Shown here: positions 29,680 through 43,478 of the stretch, piece by piece
How the letters are laid out: each line of letters opens with the position of its first letter
How positions within the stretch are numbered: position 1 is the stretch's first letter
Origin: Eledone cirrhosa
Lineage: Eukaryota
Direction: 5' to 3'
Assembly: GCA_964016885.1 (NCBI GenBank)
Contig: OZ024754.1
Coordinates: forward strand, 18,662,001 to 18,726,000
Length of the DNA: 64,000 nucleotides
Notes under the pieces: model-generated
Seen by the model: the letters and a program-made list of their open reading frames with translations, nothing else
Databases searched by the model: none
What the model was told of the DNA's origin: nothing
Made by a program: the position numbers and the translations under genes

Positions 29680-32344
29680 TCCCTGCATCTCTCCAATCTC
29701 ATCTTCACCAAAACACGATACAACAGTCACATCACATTTTTAAGTCGCTGTCTCCACCACCACCTCTATCCCCGCGGTTTCCGCCTCAAGTTTCACCCTA
29801 CCTCTTACTCTGCTCCCACCACTGAGCCCATCCTTACCCGCTCCTCTCGCCATCTTATGCGGGCGACTATTCGATCAACTCTCGCCCAAATCCGTTCTCT
29901 CGACCGAGATCTCCCCAAGGCCTACCCCCATCTCTCCTCCACTTGCCACCCTTTTTTGCCCAATCCCTTATCCAATTCATCCTTGACTTCATTCGCCTCC
30001 TTTTCAATTTCCTCACTTCCGTAAAAAACCACAAACTCGACTCTCTCCGCTCCCCGCCTTCCGTCACCACCCATACTCATATCACCTCCAACCCTAACCC
30101 CTCTATCCCGTCACCTATCACCCCTTTTCCTCTCCCCACCACTGAATCTGCACACGCTTTGCCCAACCACATTGACCCCTCCGCCTCCGCCTCTTTCACT
30201 CCCTCACGTCCCTGCACTGTAGTCATCATACCCCAGGACCTACCACTCTCCGAAGCTGAGCGCTCCCTCCCCGTCCGTGGTTTGCGTTTTATACCACCCA
30301 CATCGACCTGCCACGAGATTGAAGGGTTCTTCCGTCGATTAAAGCTGAAAGCTTCTTTTCACGACACGCCATCATCAACACAGACGGATGACTTCACTCG
30401 TCTCAGTCGCCGGCAATCACATTGGACGCCGAGCTCTGGCCAGTTCAGCACCCTCGACTCCTTTGTCGATACTTGCCGGCGTACTGTGAATCGGTTCTGT
30501 TTCCACCAACATTCTTGTCGCTCTAACATCACGCGAACTGAGCTCTCCGCTCTTCGCAACCGTCGGCATCGCCATGCCATTGTCATCAAACCCGCTGACA
30601 TAGGTGGCGCTGCGGGGGTTCGGAGCGGTGACCACTATAGGGCTGAGGTTCTCCGCCAGCTTCACAATACCCTTTTTTACCACCCTTTATCTTCCGACCC
30701 CACTCCTGGCTACCAACAACCTGTGTCCTCCACAATACACGAGCTCATCTCCTCCTCTCACCTACCCTCCACAGCCATCAACCTTATTGTACTCACCCCT
30801 CGCACACCCACCATCTACTTCCTCCCCAAAATACACAAACAAAATAATCCTGGCCGTCCTATCATTTCTGCGTGCAACTGCCCCACCGAGATAATTTCTG
30901 AATATTTAGACACCATCCTCGCCCCGTTGGTCGGCAATCTCCCCTCCCACATCCACGATACCAATCATGCCCTTAGACTCTTCAACTCCTTCTCGTTCCC
31001 TCCTAGTCCCCCTCGCCGTCTCTTTACCCTGGACATCACCTCTATCTATACCGTCGCCCCTCATGATGACGGCCTCCGCGCTCTTCAACATTTTTTAAAT
31101 TTACGCCCTACCCCTTACCCCAGCACTACCACCCTTCTCCGTCTGGCTGAGCTTGTTTTCACCCTCAATGGCTTTTCTTTTTTGGGTGAATTCTATCAGC
31201 AGGTCTCTGGGGGTAGCGATGAGAACCAGAATGGGTCCAAACTATGCCAACTTGTTTGTTGGCTACGTCGAAGCCCAGATTTTCTCCCAGTACACTAGAT
31301 CAACTCCTGAGCTATACGGTCGTTATATCGACGACTGTATCGGCGCCACCTCTCTATCACAAGAACAGCTCTACTGCTTTCTTTCTTTTGTCCAATCTTT
31401 CCATCCTGCTCTCAATTTAACCGCCTCCGTCTCCGATTCTTCTGCCGCTTTTCTAGATATCTCTATCTATTAATCACTCTCACCACACCCTCTCTACTTC
31501 CATCTTCATTAAACCAACAGACTCCCACTCTTACCTCGACTTGATCTCCTCCCATCCAACCCACACCAAACACTCCATACCCTGTTCCCAATTCCTCCGT
31601 CTTCGTCGGCTCTGTAGCCAGGACGACGATTTCGAAACCCATTCCCTTCACATGGCTTCCTGCTTCTTCCAGCGTGGATATCCCCCCCACCCTAAGCTGC
31701 TTTCATCTGCGCCCGGGAAACAGACCGCACCACAGCCCTCTCACCTCAGCCCCGCCCTCCCAACACCCCTGTTCCTTTTCCTCTCACCTACGGCCCCATC
31801 ACCCTACCACCCCGGCAACATATCCTCCGTTCCTTCCGTATCCTCTCTTCTGACCCCGTCACTTCTCGCTTTTTTCCAAACCCACCCATTACTACTTTTA
31901 GGTGCGCCCGCAACCTCGGCGACCTCCTGGTACGCAGTTCCTTCTCGTCCTCTCCCACGAATCCACCCGGCTCTCATCCTTGTTCTCGTCCCCGCTGCAA
32001 CACTTGTCCCTAACGGGTCTTTCCGTATCCGCCACTCATTCACCTGCACATCCACTCACGTTGACTATGCCCTCCGGTGTTCCCTTTGCGGGTTTTTATA
32101 CATCGGACAAACGGGACGTATGGCGGGCCGTTTTGCTGAGCATTTGAGGGACATCAGACTCGGTTTGGATACTCTTGTCGCCCGTCATTTCTATTCTGGT
32201 TATTCTTCCCAACATGTTTCAATCCTGGGTGTCCTTTTACATCATGGATCACAGGCCTCGCGCACCAGGACTGAACAGAGTCTGATTCACCGCCTTGGGT
32301 CCTATTCCTCTCTTGGACTCCACTCACCTCCTCAATTTCTTTAA
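29680..32344 (+). pseudogene. Penelope-like retroelement ORF (Penelope/Poseidon-type RT plus C-terminal GIY-YIG endonuclease), disrupted by frameshifts and stops
   Basis: N-terminal TRYNSHITFLSRCL (about 29715-29755). RT motifs IVIKPADIGGA, YFLPKIHK, PGRPIIS, LFTLDITSIYT, GVAMRTRMGPNYANLFVG, RYIDDCI, FLDISI. Thumb SSHPTHTK..IPCSQFLRLRRLCS. GIY-YIG YALRCSLCGFLYIGQTGRMAGRFAEHLRDI. Split across ORFs 29943-31298, 31153-31473 and 31541-32344. Confidence 0.93.
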
Positions 32345-32602
32345 TAATCTGTCCATTATCACACGCGCTTGTACATTCACCCCTAGATTCCTATCGCTCT
32401 CTCATGATCATTAACATCTTCTTTTACAACCAATACAGACCGACTAAATATGCTCACTCCACCTTTTCCTTCACTACTCTGTATACACACATACACACCC
32501 TTATATTAACATACTTTTGCTCATAACTTTGTACTTACATGTACACACACTCTTTTACTTACATATACGCGCACATTTCTTATCAGCTTCGCACGGACGT
32601 AT

Positions 32603-32691
<89 letters not shown>

Positions 32692-32920
32692 TGCTTACGC
32701 ACGTGCATAAGTATAGCTCTTTTTACAAAACGGCTTTTATTTCCATTTCAGGTAGACGCGCTCCATCATCCACTTTTCTAAATAACAAATTATACACAAA
32801 ACGCCAGCACCAACAGTTTCCCAAGAGATGTCAACATGAATGGACCTGTTATTTTTATCTAAAGACATTTTTTACAATTCCAACCCGCCCGTCTCCTCAA
32901 TCTATCTTATTTCTCATTCT

Positions 32921-32957
32921 TTCTTCTGATGAAGGACTAGCTTCCGAAACGTTAAGG
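32921..32957 (+). ncRNA. Minimal type-I hammerhead ribozyme in the PLE 3' region (pseudo-LTR)
   Basis: ttctt-CTGATGA-aggactagcttcc-GAAAC-GTTA-agg. Stem II gga/tcc, palindromic AACGTT stem III, weak stem I. Lies about 580 nt downstream of the PLE stop. Confidence 0.65.
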
Positions 32958-33149
32958 CCCTCTTCCTGCTATTTCAAGCGTTAACCTAATATATTTTTCC
33001 ATATACTGTACCGATTGTGTTTTTATTTCTGTTTACCTTTTACATACATATATACATACATACATATACATATATACATACATACATATACATATATACA
33101 TACATACATATACATATATACATACATACATATACATATATACATATAT

Positions 33150-33536
33150 TCCATTCACTCACTCTCTGCTTCTCCCCTTCTCACTTCCTCCCGTTTGGCC
33201 TGTGTGGGGTCCTTTCTCGCTCACACCTCACTCGCGTCGAACGGTCTGCTATATCTCTCTCGCCCATGAAATTCACCCAGCTTAAGCTGAACGTATACCA
33301 TGTGCTTGTTTCTTCCTATCTTTCCGTTGCTATACCTTATATGTTTGTTTACTTGTCTCGCTTGCTTTATGCGATTTACTTGTCCCAATAGTTTTATTTA
33401 GCTATTGCTCGCACCAACTGGAGGTATATGATTTTTAAAGCGATGAAATACCAATGAAGGTTGGAAATAACTGATGAAGGACTATTTTTTTCATATGTAA
33501 CCCATGTGCAACCACGCAGCACTCAATTCTTCTCAT

Positions 33537-33537
<1 letters not shown>
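33150..33537 (+). mobile_element. Diverged copy of a non-coding interspersed repeat (homologous to 42970-43378 and 44721-45816 on the minus strand)
   Basis: Shared segments attcacc.agctta.gct, gcttgtttctt, gaggtatatgattttta..gc.atgaaata, actgatga.ggac, ccatgtgc.acc..gcag. Confidence 0.65.
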
Positions 33538-33592
<55 letters not shown>

Positions 33593-33712
33593 AAGTGCGC
33601 TAGTAGTGAAATTTTACAAGAAATTTATATCTGTATAAATACAGAATGTGTAACCGAGACTGCACCAATTTGTCAGAAGATACGAATTTATCTGAAATCG
33701 AAAAAATGATAA

Positions 33713-33767
33713 ACACCTTTAATCGACTTTCGGACCTTATTGGGCTCTCATACTCATCAGAAGGCGT
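33713..33767 (-). ncRNA. Type-I hammerhead ribozyme candidate
   Basis: Minus strand: acgcctt-CTGATGA-gtatgagagcccaataaggtcc-GAAA-gTCGA-TTA-aaggtgt. 7-bp stem I, palindromic TCGA in stem III, weak stem II. Confidence 0.62.
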
Positions 33768-33851
33768 GTACACCATCCAAACAACCACAAAGAAATATGT
33801 ATTTGATGGGATTTAATATACCCATTCGCTCTTAATATTATATTCTGAAAT

Positions 33852-33982
33852 AATTGTCCTTTACGTTCTGAGTTCAAATCCCGTCGAGGTTAACTTTGCC
33901 TTTCATCTTTACGAGAAAATAAAGTACCAGTAATGTACTGGTGTAATTGCTGGCCTTGTGCCAAAAGTAGAAACAATTACAT
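33852..33982 (+). mobile_element. 5'-truncated SINE family A with 11-bp TSD
   Basis: ctgagttcaaatcccgtcgaggttaactttgcctttcat...gtagaaacaatta. tattctgaaat occurs at 33841-33851 and 33983-33993. Confidence 0.85.
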
Positions 33983-34231
33983 TATTCTGAAATGGACGTA
34001 CTAATTTGAATATAATTCAGAAAGATTTTGTCCCTAGTAAGACCCTTTTATGCAGATGATGCAGATCTTATTTGTCAAACACCTATTGAACTTCAGTCGC
34101 TTGTTTCATCCTTTGATGTCGCCATTGAAACTTTTGGTCTTTCTAGGAATTTGAAGAAGACAGTGGTTAGTTTTGAAAAAATGGCGTCTATACCTGGATG
34201 AGATTGTTATATCGAGTGTGGAAGTCAGCTG

Positions 34232-34303
<72 letters not shown>

Positions 34304-35167
34304 TTGTGTGTGCGAGGGTGTGTGTGTTTGTGTATATGCATGTACTTGTGTGGGTGGGGGAGATTGTGTATGTCTGTATGTGTGCGAGAGTGCGTATGCG
34401 CTTGTACTTGTATGCGTATGCATGTGTGAGTGTGCGTGTGTATGTGAGTGTATATGTGTGTGTGTACCTGTGTATGTGTTTGTCCCGAGACTCGAAACAT
34501 TACATATTACAGTTTACTTTTCTGAAAAGGTATTTCAGTCTTTCATTCAATGAAGTATTAACCACAGACAGACGACTGCTGCCTCATTGATAATAACTTA
34601 ACTTGTCCAACTTCTTCATTCACTCAATCCCCGCCCCTAATACTAATCTGTCTAGCATTGTATTATTATTTTACTGGGCTTATTTTTTTTAACACTACCC
34701 CCACCCCCCATACCAAATCACAATGTACGTCTGCCGAATAAACACAAACATACTCAATATGTATATATACTATGTAGGCTACAGAGCTTATTATGTGTAT
34801 GTGTATATACACGTGCGCGTATGTATAAAGCCTTTTGTGTTTGTATGTATGTATACCCTCTTTATATATGTGTGTGTGTGTTTGTGTGTACATATATGAG
34901 TGCATATATATTTGTGTATATGTGTGTGTATGTATTTATGTGTCTGTTGGTATTTCCATGTAGACGCAAATGCGCTTATGTGAGAAAGTATACGTCTACG
35001 TACTATTACGTATAAGCGCGTGGTTGAGTGTGTGTATGTTTATGTTCTGGATATTTATTTATATATTTTTTCCCTTATTTCCTTTTTGCCCGTTTATTCA
35101 GCCTCACTTTCATATTTCCTAAATTTTGTTTTCAAATCCATATTTAATAAAAACACCATGTTATTTA

Positions 35168-35228
35168 TTCATTCTGACGACTGAAGACAGATACAACATC
35201 TGCCTTAAAGAAACCACTGGTAAATGAA
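35168..35228 (+). ncRNA. Type-I hammerhead ribozyme
   Basis: ttcatt-CTGACGA-ctgaagacagatacaacatctgccttaaa-GAAA-CCACTGG-TA-aatgaa. 6-bp stem I, cagat/atctg stem II, ACCA/TGGT stem III, GUA cleavage triplet at 35220-35222. Confidence 0.78.
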
Positions 35229-35292
35229 ATAATTATCTTATGTTGTTTATTACATAAATAAATATATACTCCATATATATACATATTACTCT

Positions 35293-35355
<63 letters not shown>

Positions 35356-35914
35356 GTCTGTTATCTCTGTGTTTCTCTCTCTCTCTGTTTGTCTATCTGT
35401 CTCTCATTCTGTTTCTCAGTCTATCTCTCCTTTCTATCTGCCTGTCTGCTTGTCTCTCTTTCTCTCTGTGTCTCTCTCTGCCTGTCTGTCTCCCTATATG
35501 CGTTTCTCTGTCTGTTTGCCCCCCCCCCCCTCTCTCTCTCTCTGCCTCACATTTAAAAAGGTTAAACATTTTATGCATCCCACGCACTTTTGCAATAAAT
35601 AGAGTCAATTGGTTGACCTTTCGTGATCAAGAGGGCCCATCAATTCAGCGACTGATCAATACACTGACTTCAACGGGTGCAAGAGAATAAGGACGCGGCT
35701 GATCAACATATTGACGGGGACAGGAGATCAGGGATGTTGACATTTATTCTTAAAAAAAAAAACAACTGAACATTAACATAAGTGAATTGAAACTAGTAGC
35801 TATCCATATCTCTTATTTTTCTGGGGACTCCATTTTACATGTTTCTGCTACAGCTCACACCTATGTTGGTTTAGCTGGCCTTCTACAAGGCGGTTTCTGG
35901 GTGATTTGTTGATA

Positions 35915-36116
35915 GGGGCCCCATAGTCCTATAATGAAAAAAATCTCCCATCCCAACCGAATTGGGCGCTGGCGCTCATTATTTTCAACTGAGTGTGCCG
36001 AAACAACGAAAAAAAGAAAGAAATGAAACATCTTGCTCAAGAACACAACGTGTCGCCCGGTCCAGGAAAAGAACCCACGATTGTATGGTTATGAATTCAT
36101 TACGCTTATAACTAGG
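35915..36116 (-). mobile_element. Degenerate tRNA-derived SINE, family B
   Basis: tcttgctcaagaacacaacg is the reverse complement of the gtgt(c/t)cttgagcaaga motif seen in 45947-46067. Degenerate B-box (gaaccc). Confidence 0.6.
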
Positions 36117-36349
36117 TCAGGCAGGCACCTTGACCATCATAATATAACTTTTTATATAAACGAGTAGCTTCATATTTTTTCGAGCGGAAATACGTAATTG
36201 TGCGGTTGATTAGTAGGGAGGTCGATTTTGGGATCTTGTCAGGAGAAAGTCTATAGCGGATTAACTCCCGTAGTGGGTTCCTCTGCCCTTTCGTGGGCTT
36301 TGTTTATCATCCCACAGGGTGTTCAAAAATCACACTTCTCACCAAGCAG

Positions 36350-36432
36350 GTTTCTTTGTGGGATTGCCGGTTTAGTCACCAACGAGCCGAATATGCAACA
36401 GCTTGCACTGGGTTACATGTTACCAGTAGCGG
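36350..36432 (+). mobile_element. Fragment homologous to the 5' region of the RTE LINE at 52.8-54.9 kb
   Basis: ggattgccggtttagtcaccaacgagccga...gcactgggttacatgttaccagtagc resembles gggttgccagtttagtcgccaacgacccga...gtactgggatacatgttaccagtagc at about 53056-53125. Confidence 0.7.
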
Positions 36433-36478
36433 CCGAGAGCCACATATGTCGTCAGCTTTTTCCTGCTAGTATATATAA

Positions 36479-36509
<31 letters not shown>

Positions 36510-36564
36510 TGTATGTATGTATGTATGTATGTATGTATGTATGTATGTATGTATGTATGTATAA

Positions 36565-36595
<31 letters not shown>

Positions 36596-36757
36596 TGTAT
36601 GTATGTATGTATGTATGTATGTATGTATGTATGTATTTTAATAAATATATATATATATATATATATGTATAGTAATAATAATAAATTTGAAGACTAAAAT
36701 CCAAAGAGGGCTCGATAAGGATAAATATATATGAAATATATAAGAACCGTAGAGCAA

Positions 36758-36900
36758 ATATTTATTAAAATAACAGATTAAAGTTTAAGCAAAGAATCGC
36801 TGCTTTCACCCTTAACGGGATCTTCTGAAACCCTATTTCAGAAGATCCCGTTAAGGGTGAAAGCAGCGATTCTTTGCTTAAACTTTGATCTGTTATTTTA

Positions 36901-36908
<8 letters not shown>
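36758..36908. repeat. Near-perfect palindrome, 73-bp arms with 5-nt loop
   Basis: 36758-36830 is the reverse complement of 36836-36908 with one mismatch. Abuts (TA)n. Confidence 0.95.
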
Positions 36909-36964
<56 letters not shown>

Positions 36965-37312
36965 AATGTAATATAATAAATGTAATCTGAGTTTTTCGAA
37001 TATTAATAATAATATTCGATTCGTTTGCAATTATGCAAACAAGCCTCTTTTTTAAAGCCATGTCAGTAGAATGAGCCTCTCATTCTTGCTGCTGTGTTGG
37101 CATGTAAACAGAACTGCCGACACTAATGTTTTTTTGATATGGCAAAGCCGGCCATTAATCGTTCGTATACAGGAAACTGACTGGCCAGTCTGCTGATATA
37201 CAAATCTGGCTGATCAGTGGATCTGCTAATATGAAATCAAGCCGATCAGTCACTATATTTTAGAAAATATTATATATTTTCACTAGCTCTGACAGTTGGC
37301 AGGTGAACAGTA

Positions 37313-37360
37313 AACTTTACTGATGAAGGGTATTACCCAGAAACATTAGTGTCTGCAGTT
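37313..37360 (+). ncRNA. Type-I hammerhead ribozyme
   Basis: aacttta-CTGATGA-agggtattaccca-GAAAC-attagt-GTC-tgcagtt. Stem II gggt/accc, stem III ACA/TGT, GUC site, stem I with one mismatch. An inverted partial copy of its 3' half lies at about 37093-37131. Confidence 0.75.
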
Positions 37361-37400
37361 CTGTTTACATGCCAACACAAATTTCTATTTAAATTTTTAT

Positions 37401-37529
<129 letters not shown>

Positions 37530-38040
37530 AACTCTAACCTTTGATAAGATTGTAATAGGACCAATATACAATCCATAGTTGTAGCTACTAATAAACATTT
37601 ACTAAAATATAACCAATGTAATGGAAAGGAAAACCTTAATATTGATACTCACAACAGATGTACATTTGAACAATTAACACACTACATCCACCATAAACTT
37701 CATAGAAACTACTTTTAATACACAAACATCTCTGTCTGCTTAATATGCTTTTATACCTGTATTGTATTATGTGATACCTTTACCATACTGTGATATGTAT
37801 GCTGAGTACCATTGCTTGTTTCTTACCTGGTTATTCTGTAAATGCCTAACACATCTGCACTCTTTTTATACATTTGCATAATTGTTATATTATTCTTTTA
37901 TAATCTTTGTCGCATCCACTGATACTGACCACATCATCTTCACTCTTTAAATATGACACTGTTGATGATAACAATAACATCTATGTATCTTTACAATTGT
38001 TCTGTAATAGGAGGTTAATTATATGACTAAACTTTGCTAG

Positions 38041-38087
38041 TGCTCCGATGATTCCAAACGAAAGTTTGGAAGAAACGATTGTCAGCA
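38041..38087 (+). ncRNA. Type-I hammerhead ribozyme with U4C core (CCGAUGA)
   Basis: tgct-CCGATGA-ttccaaac-gaaa-gtttggaa-GAAAC-gatt-GTC-agca. Perfect 8-bp stem II with GNRA loop, 4-bp stem I, GUC site. Confidence 0.78.
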
Positions 38088-38202
38088 ATAAAATGTTTTG
38101 AACATAGTTTTGATTATTCTGTAATTTATATTCCGGCTCTGTAAAACATCTGATGTATTTACATTGAGCTATTTTTCTTACTGGTAATAAGGTGGTAATG
38201 AA

Positions 38203-38325
<123 letters not shown>

Positions 38326-38619
38326 CATATACACACAGAGTCTCATTACGACTTTTGTGAAAGAGAGAGAAAGAGAAGTAACGTTAAGAAAGGAGTTAGT
38401 TAAGAAGCGTTTAAAAAATAAATAAATAAAAGTTAGTTATCGAACTAAGCTATCATTTTTCTGTTTTCTTTCTCTCTTCCCTAATCCCCCTCTCTCTTTC
38501 TTTTGCTCTCTTTCTCTCTCGCTCATCCCATCTCTTTCTCTTTCTCTCTCATCCCCTCTCTTTCTCTCTTATCTCCTCTATCTCATTCCCTCTCTTTCTC
38601 TCTTATCTCTTCTCTCTTC

Positions 38620-39879
38620 ACCTTAGGTATTACCTTAGATAAAAACACTAAAAACGTTAACTTCCTTGATGCTACCCTTTGCCTGGACTCTAAAAATGTA
38701 TACACCCTTTCATAAACTAAACGAAAAACTACTTTATGTAGACACCAACTCTAACCATCCTAAATCTATGTTAAACTCAATTACTAAAGGAGTATCTAAT
38801 AGAATTTCCACTCTATCTTATAATGAAACTATATTTAACAGAAATTCCCAATACTATAATGAGGCCATAAAAATGAAATTAAATTTTTACCTATAAAATC
38901 ACCTAGTTTCACATTATTTCTCACAATATGGCCATGAATAAAGGTAATAAAAGTACTGACCACTCTAACTCTAGTATGAAGGGTAATAACAAAGTTAACT
39001 CGCCCCAAAATAAAAATCCTAATAATAATAATAATAATAATAATATAAACAGAAATATAAACAATACCTCAAATAACATTACAAAAAGTAATCACAAAAA
39101 TAGAAGAACTAATACATTTTTCAATCCCCCTTTCAATCTAAACGTCTCTACCAACTTGCCCAAGGCTTTCTTCTCAATCTTGGAAAAGAACTTCCCAGTC
39201 GGCCATAAATACCATAATCTTATCAATAAAAATACCATTAAAATCTCTTACTGTACCACACCTAACATAGCATACCATATAGCTAGTAGTAATAAAAGGA
39301 AGATTAATAATTATTTCCAACTAATTAAATCGCAACAGGGAGTGAACTTACATAACAACATAGTACCAGAGAATACTAGTAGCAATAATAGTAATAGCAC
39401 TAATAAAAATGCTAACCCTAACAACCATGCATCTACACACCATATTAACCAGCAAGTAAACAACCAGAATAACTGTAACTGTAGAACAAATAGAACTTGC
39501 CCCTTAGGTAAAAATTGCTTAATCAAAGACATCATTTACTCATGCACAGTCAATACAAACAACTCTTCAAAAACATATATCGGTTCTACTTCGAACTGCT
39601 TCAAGACGAGATATAACTCGCATCTCCACACTTTCAAAAATCGCAATCTAGCCAACTCCACTTCTTTATCTAACTACATACACTATCTGAAAACTAAGAA
39701 TAGACCATACGCACTTCAATGGGAAGTAATAGATACGTAATATATGTAACCTCTGTCTTCTAGAGACCCGCACTATAATCTATTATAAGCTAAACCTCTT
39801 AAATAGAAAATCAGAAATTTTTTCCATGTGCCAACACTACCACCGAAACTCTTTCCACAACTTTAAACCAAGCTGCTAG
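38620..39879 (+). pseudogene. 5'-truncated AT-rich Penelope-like element (RT thumb, Cys-rich linker, GIY-YIG)
   Basis: VNFLDATL, PFHKLNEKLLYVDTNSNHPKS, FFNPPFN, NTIKISYCTTPN, CNCRTNRTCPLGKNCLIKDIIYSCTV, YIGSTSNCFKTRYNSHLHTF, then CNLCLLE and LNRKSEIFSMC. Frameshifted. Part of its downstream region (40396-40485) is also present at 37545-37634. Confidence 0.88.
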
Positions 39880-41334
39880 TAGTATAACAATGTCAGATCT
39901 GGATTCTTCACCACCGTTAACACTTTACTTCTAGGTTTTATCAGCATATAATTACCTCCACAGCATCACATACTATGATCAGCTCATTCCTCTACTTACC
40001 TCCTATTTATCTCAAATCTTAGACTCTACAATAACTATTAGGAATAAACATAAAGTTACCACCATTTAATATAACTACTATAGCTTACTAATATTTTATT
40101 CATTTAATTAATATATGGGTAGATAGTAATAAAATGAGACCTTTAATGTATTATAGGAAAATAGATTGTATTTAAAATTAAATATATAAATAAATAGCAT
40201 TATATAAAAGGATTCACTTATAACATAATATATTGTATATTAGCACATGGAATTTAACTATTTGGAGCTGTAAACAACTATACATTTTTTCTATTATATA
40301 CAAATTAATCGCCAATTACCTCCCCTTAATTCACTAATTCACTTCTTAAAATTAAACCGTTAGACAGATCACTATAGATCAACTCGAATCCTGGATAAGA
40401 TTGTAATAGGACCAATGTACAATCCATAGTTGTAACTACTGATAAACATTCACTAAAATATAACCAATGTAATGGAAAGGAAAACTATGGACAAATTGAC
40501 AATCATATTAACCACTTATACCCTCATTTCCATGCAGTTTACCTTCCTCGTATATGTTTCTTATATATATCTCCTATCTCATTTTACATCTATGTATTTT
40601 ATGTATTTTTTTTGTGTATTTTATATTTTGTACTTTTTGTTTTGTTCCATCTGATAGAGATATTAACTACGTCTCATACTGTAATTTACCCTCCGTTCTA
40701 CTGTACGGTACCACCGTTCAATATATCTGTAACATTGATCCCCCTTTCAAAACTTCTTACTATAACTTAAACATCTACCTATTTATTAGTTATTATATGT
40801 ACATATATTTTTTTACTTACTTCAATCTAGATTCTAACTTGTAATTTTTTTAATTTTGGATTTTTAATTTTTAATTTTTAGTTTTAATTTCGAACTCTCA
40901 TTCATAATTTCCACTGTGAAACCATAATACCTAGAAATAAGTATATATTCTCATAGCGGGTGATGGTCAATTCTACTGTCCATGCTTAATTTAGGGGTAG
41001 TATTGAGACCTATTGATACTCATACTCTCCCATCCCCACTAGCTTTCGGCCGGCTGCCACTAACAGCGTGGCTAGCAGTAAACTATAACCGTGTCATATT
41101 ACAGGCCTGGATGGGGTCATTGTTTGATTGAGAGGGGGACCTGCCTAGGCGAGTTTCGTAGAACTCTGCGGTAGTTGATGGTCAACTTCCTTCGGACTTG
41201 CGCCTGCGCAGACCGGTGGGGGTGAATTGGGACTCACAAGGGAACAGGCGAAGAACTCAAGAGTACACGCTTTGTCCGTTCCCATGTCGATTCAATTTGG
41301 ATTGCCTCGGAAACATAACCTTATTATGTAACAA

Positions 41335-41409
41335 GCTGCCTGATGATGTCACGGCACTGGGCGCACCAAACCGTGTGGCCAATGTCGTCATAGAAATATG
41401 TATCACAGC
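41335..41409 (+). ncRNA. Degenerate hammerhead ribozyme candidate
   Basis: gctgc-CTGATGA-tgtcacgg...ccgtg...cata-GAAA-TATGT-ATC-acagc. Stem I 4 of 5 bp, AUC site, irregular stem II. Confidence 0.45.
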
Positions 41410-41537
41410 ATTATCATTAAAGGACTTTAACATCTGAAACTACTTCGCTTTTTCTTAATCGATATATACTCCGTCACTCCTATGTGGAAAAAGTACGTTG
41501 AGTGCTTGAATTGAATTGCATCAATGTTTACCTTAAG

Positions 41538-41569
<32 letters not shown>

Positions 41570-41742
41570 CTAACCTGATTGGTTTTTCGTTGCTTTTGTC
41601 GCAGTTTTCAATTTGTCAAGCTATCTAACGTATGTTATTACTCTAAGGTGACACAACCTTATCGAGTGTTTTGCTGCACATTCCTAATTGTATATCGTTA
41701 GCTTGGCCACAGCGAAAACATCGATTTTAATAAACTTCCATT

Positions 41743-41804
<62 letters not shown>

Positions 41805-41883
41805 TGTAATAAACAACATAAGATAATTATTTCATTTACCAGTGGTTTCTTGAAAACCACATTCAATAAAAACACCAGGATTT

Positions 41884-41943
41884 TTTCATTCTGATGACTG
41901 AAAGCAAATTTGTTTGCTTTTAAGAAACCACTGGTAAATGAAA
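41884..41943 (+). ncRNA. Type-I hammerhead ribozyme (same family as 35168-35228)
   Basis: tttcatt-CTGATGA-ctgaaagcaaa-tttg-tttgcttttaa-GAAA-CCACTGG-TA-aatgaaa. 7-bp stem I, 10-bp stem II. An inverted copy of its 3' half lies at about 41799-41856. Confidence 0.82.
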
Positions 41944-42035
41944 TAATTATCTTATGTTGTTTATTACATAACTATTAAGCTCTGTAACCTACATAGATCA
42001 CTCTTTTTCCTGGACCTTTCCGACGCAATAACTTC

Positions 42036-42084
<49 letters not shown>

Positions 42085-42117
42085 ATATATATATTTGATA
42101 TATATATATATACATAC

Positions 42118-42154
<37 letters not shown>

Positions 42155-42216
42155 AATATATATGTATGTATATATTTATATATATATATATATGTATGTA
42201 TATATTTATATATATG

Positions 42217-42258
<42 letters not shown>

Positions 42259-42272
42259 TACACACACACACT

Positions 42273-42313
<41 letters not shown>

Positions 42314-42330
42314 ATATATTTATATATATG

Positions 42331-42386
<56 letters not shown>

Positions 42387-42398
42387 TACACACACACT

Positions 42399-42457
<59 letters not shown>

Positions 42458-42580
42458 ATATATTTATATATATGTATGTATATATATATATCAAATGAAC
42501 CAACGGAGTAAAAGACTCGCCCTGTTCCCTGTAATATAATGAGCTCAAGGAAAGTTTTCTGGGCTCTTCAAAATATATAG

Positions 42581-42760
42581 GAGAGAATACATGAAAAGAA
42601 CATGTTTTTTTATTACACGGTATTTAAATATACTTTTTAAATTTATTAATCTGTTTTATTATAATGTTTTTCTTGTACCTTACACAGTTTATATGTCTTT
42701 CACTCTGGTGTTGAAAATACCCTGTAATGAAAAAACATGTTCTTTTCATGTATTCTCTCT
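42581..42760. repeat. Inverted repeat, about 45-bp arms with about 90-bp spacer
   Basis: gagagaatacatgaaaagaacatgtttttt.attaca.ggtattt versus aaatacc.tgtaat.aaaaaacatgttcttttcatgtattctctc. Confidence 0.85.
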
Positions 42761-42870
42761 CATATATATATATATGTGCATGTATGTGTATATATATGTG
42801 TGTGCCCATACCTATACATGTATGCATACATATATCATATATACCTGTGTATATATACATGTATATTATA

Positions 42871-42953
<83 letters not shown>

Positions 42954-42969
42954 CCATGTATATATATAA

Positions 42970-43378
42970 TAAAATATAGAGAAAAATACTGCAGGTAGCA
43001 CATGGATAACATGTAATAAAATGAGTCCCTCATCAGTGATTTGCCGAAGATCATAGATATTTCATTGCATTAAAAATCATATACCTCACGTCGGTGCAAT
43101 AATAACCAAAATAAGTTATTAGGACAATTGAAACGCGTAAAGCGAGTGAGACAGGAGAACAACAAAGAGTATAGCTAACCGTAGGGGAAAGAAACAAGCT
43201 TCAAAATTATTCTGTTTAGCATAAGCTAGGTGAATATATGAGCGCTTTTAGAAAACAGACCTGACACGAACTATGGCCATGTGAGAAGAGAGAAAAAAAT
43301 AGCCTTCGTGGTGTACAGGATGAAATGAAGAGAAGAGAAACAGTGAGTGAGTGAAAGTGTGAGGAAGAGTTAACTGAC
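42970..43378 (-). mobile_element. Diverged single copy of the 496-bp repeat family, embedded in (TA)n
   Basis: aaaatatagagaaaaatactgcaggtagcacatgg...gtgagtgagtgaaagtgtgaggaagagttaac aligns with the unit at 44721-45216. Confidence 0.85.
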
Positions 43379-43402
43379 ATATATATATATATATGTATAT
43401 CC

Positions 43403-43476
<74 letters not shown>

Positions 43477-43478
<2 letters not shown>

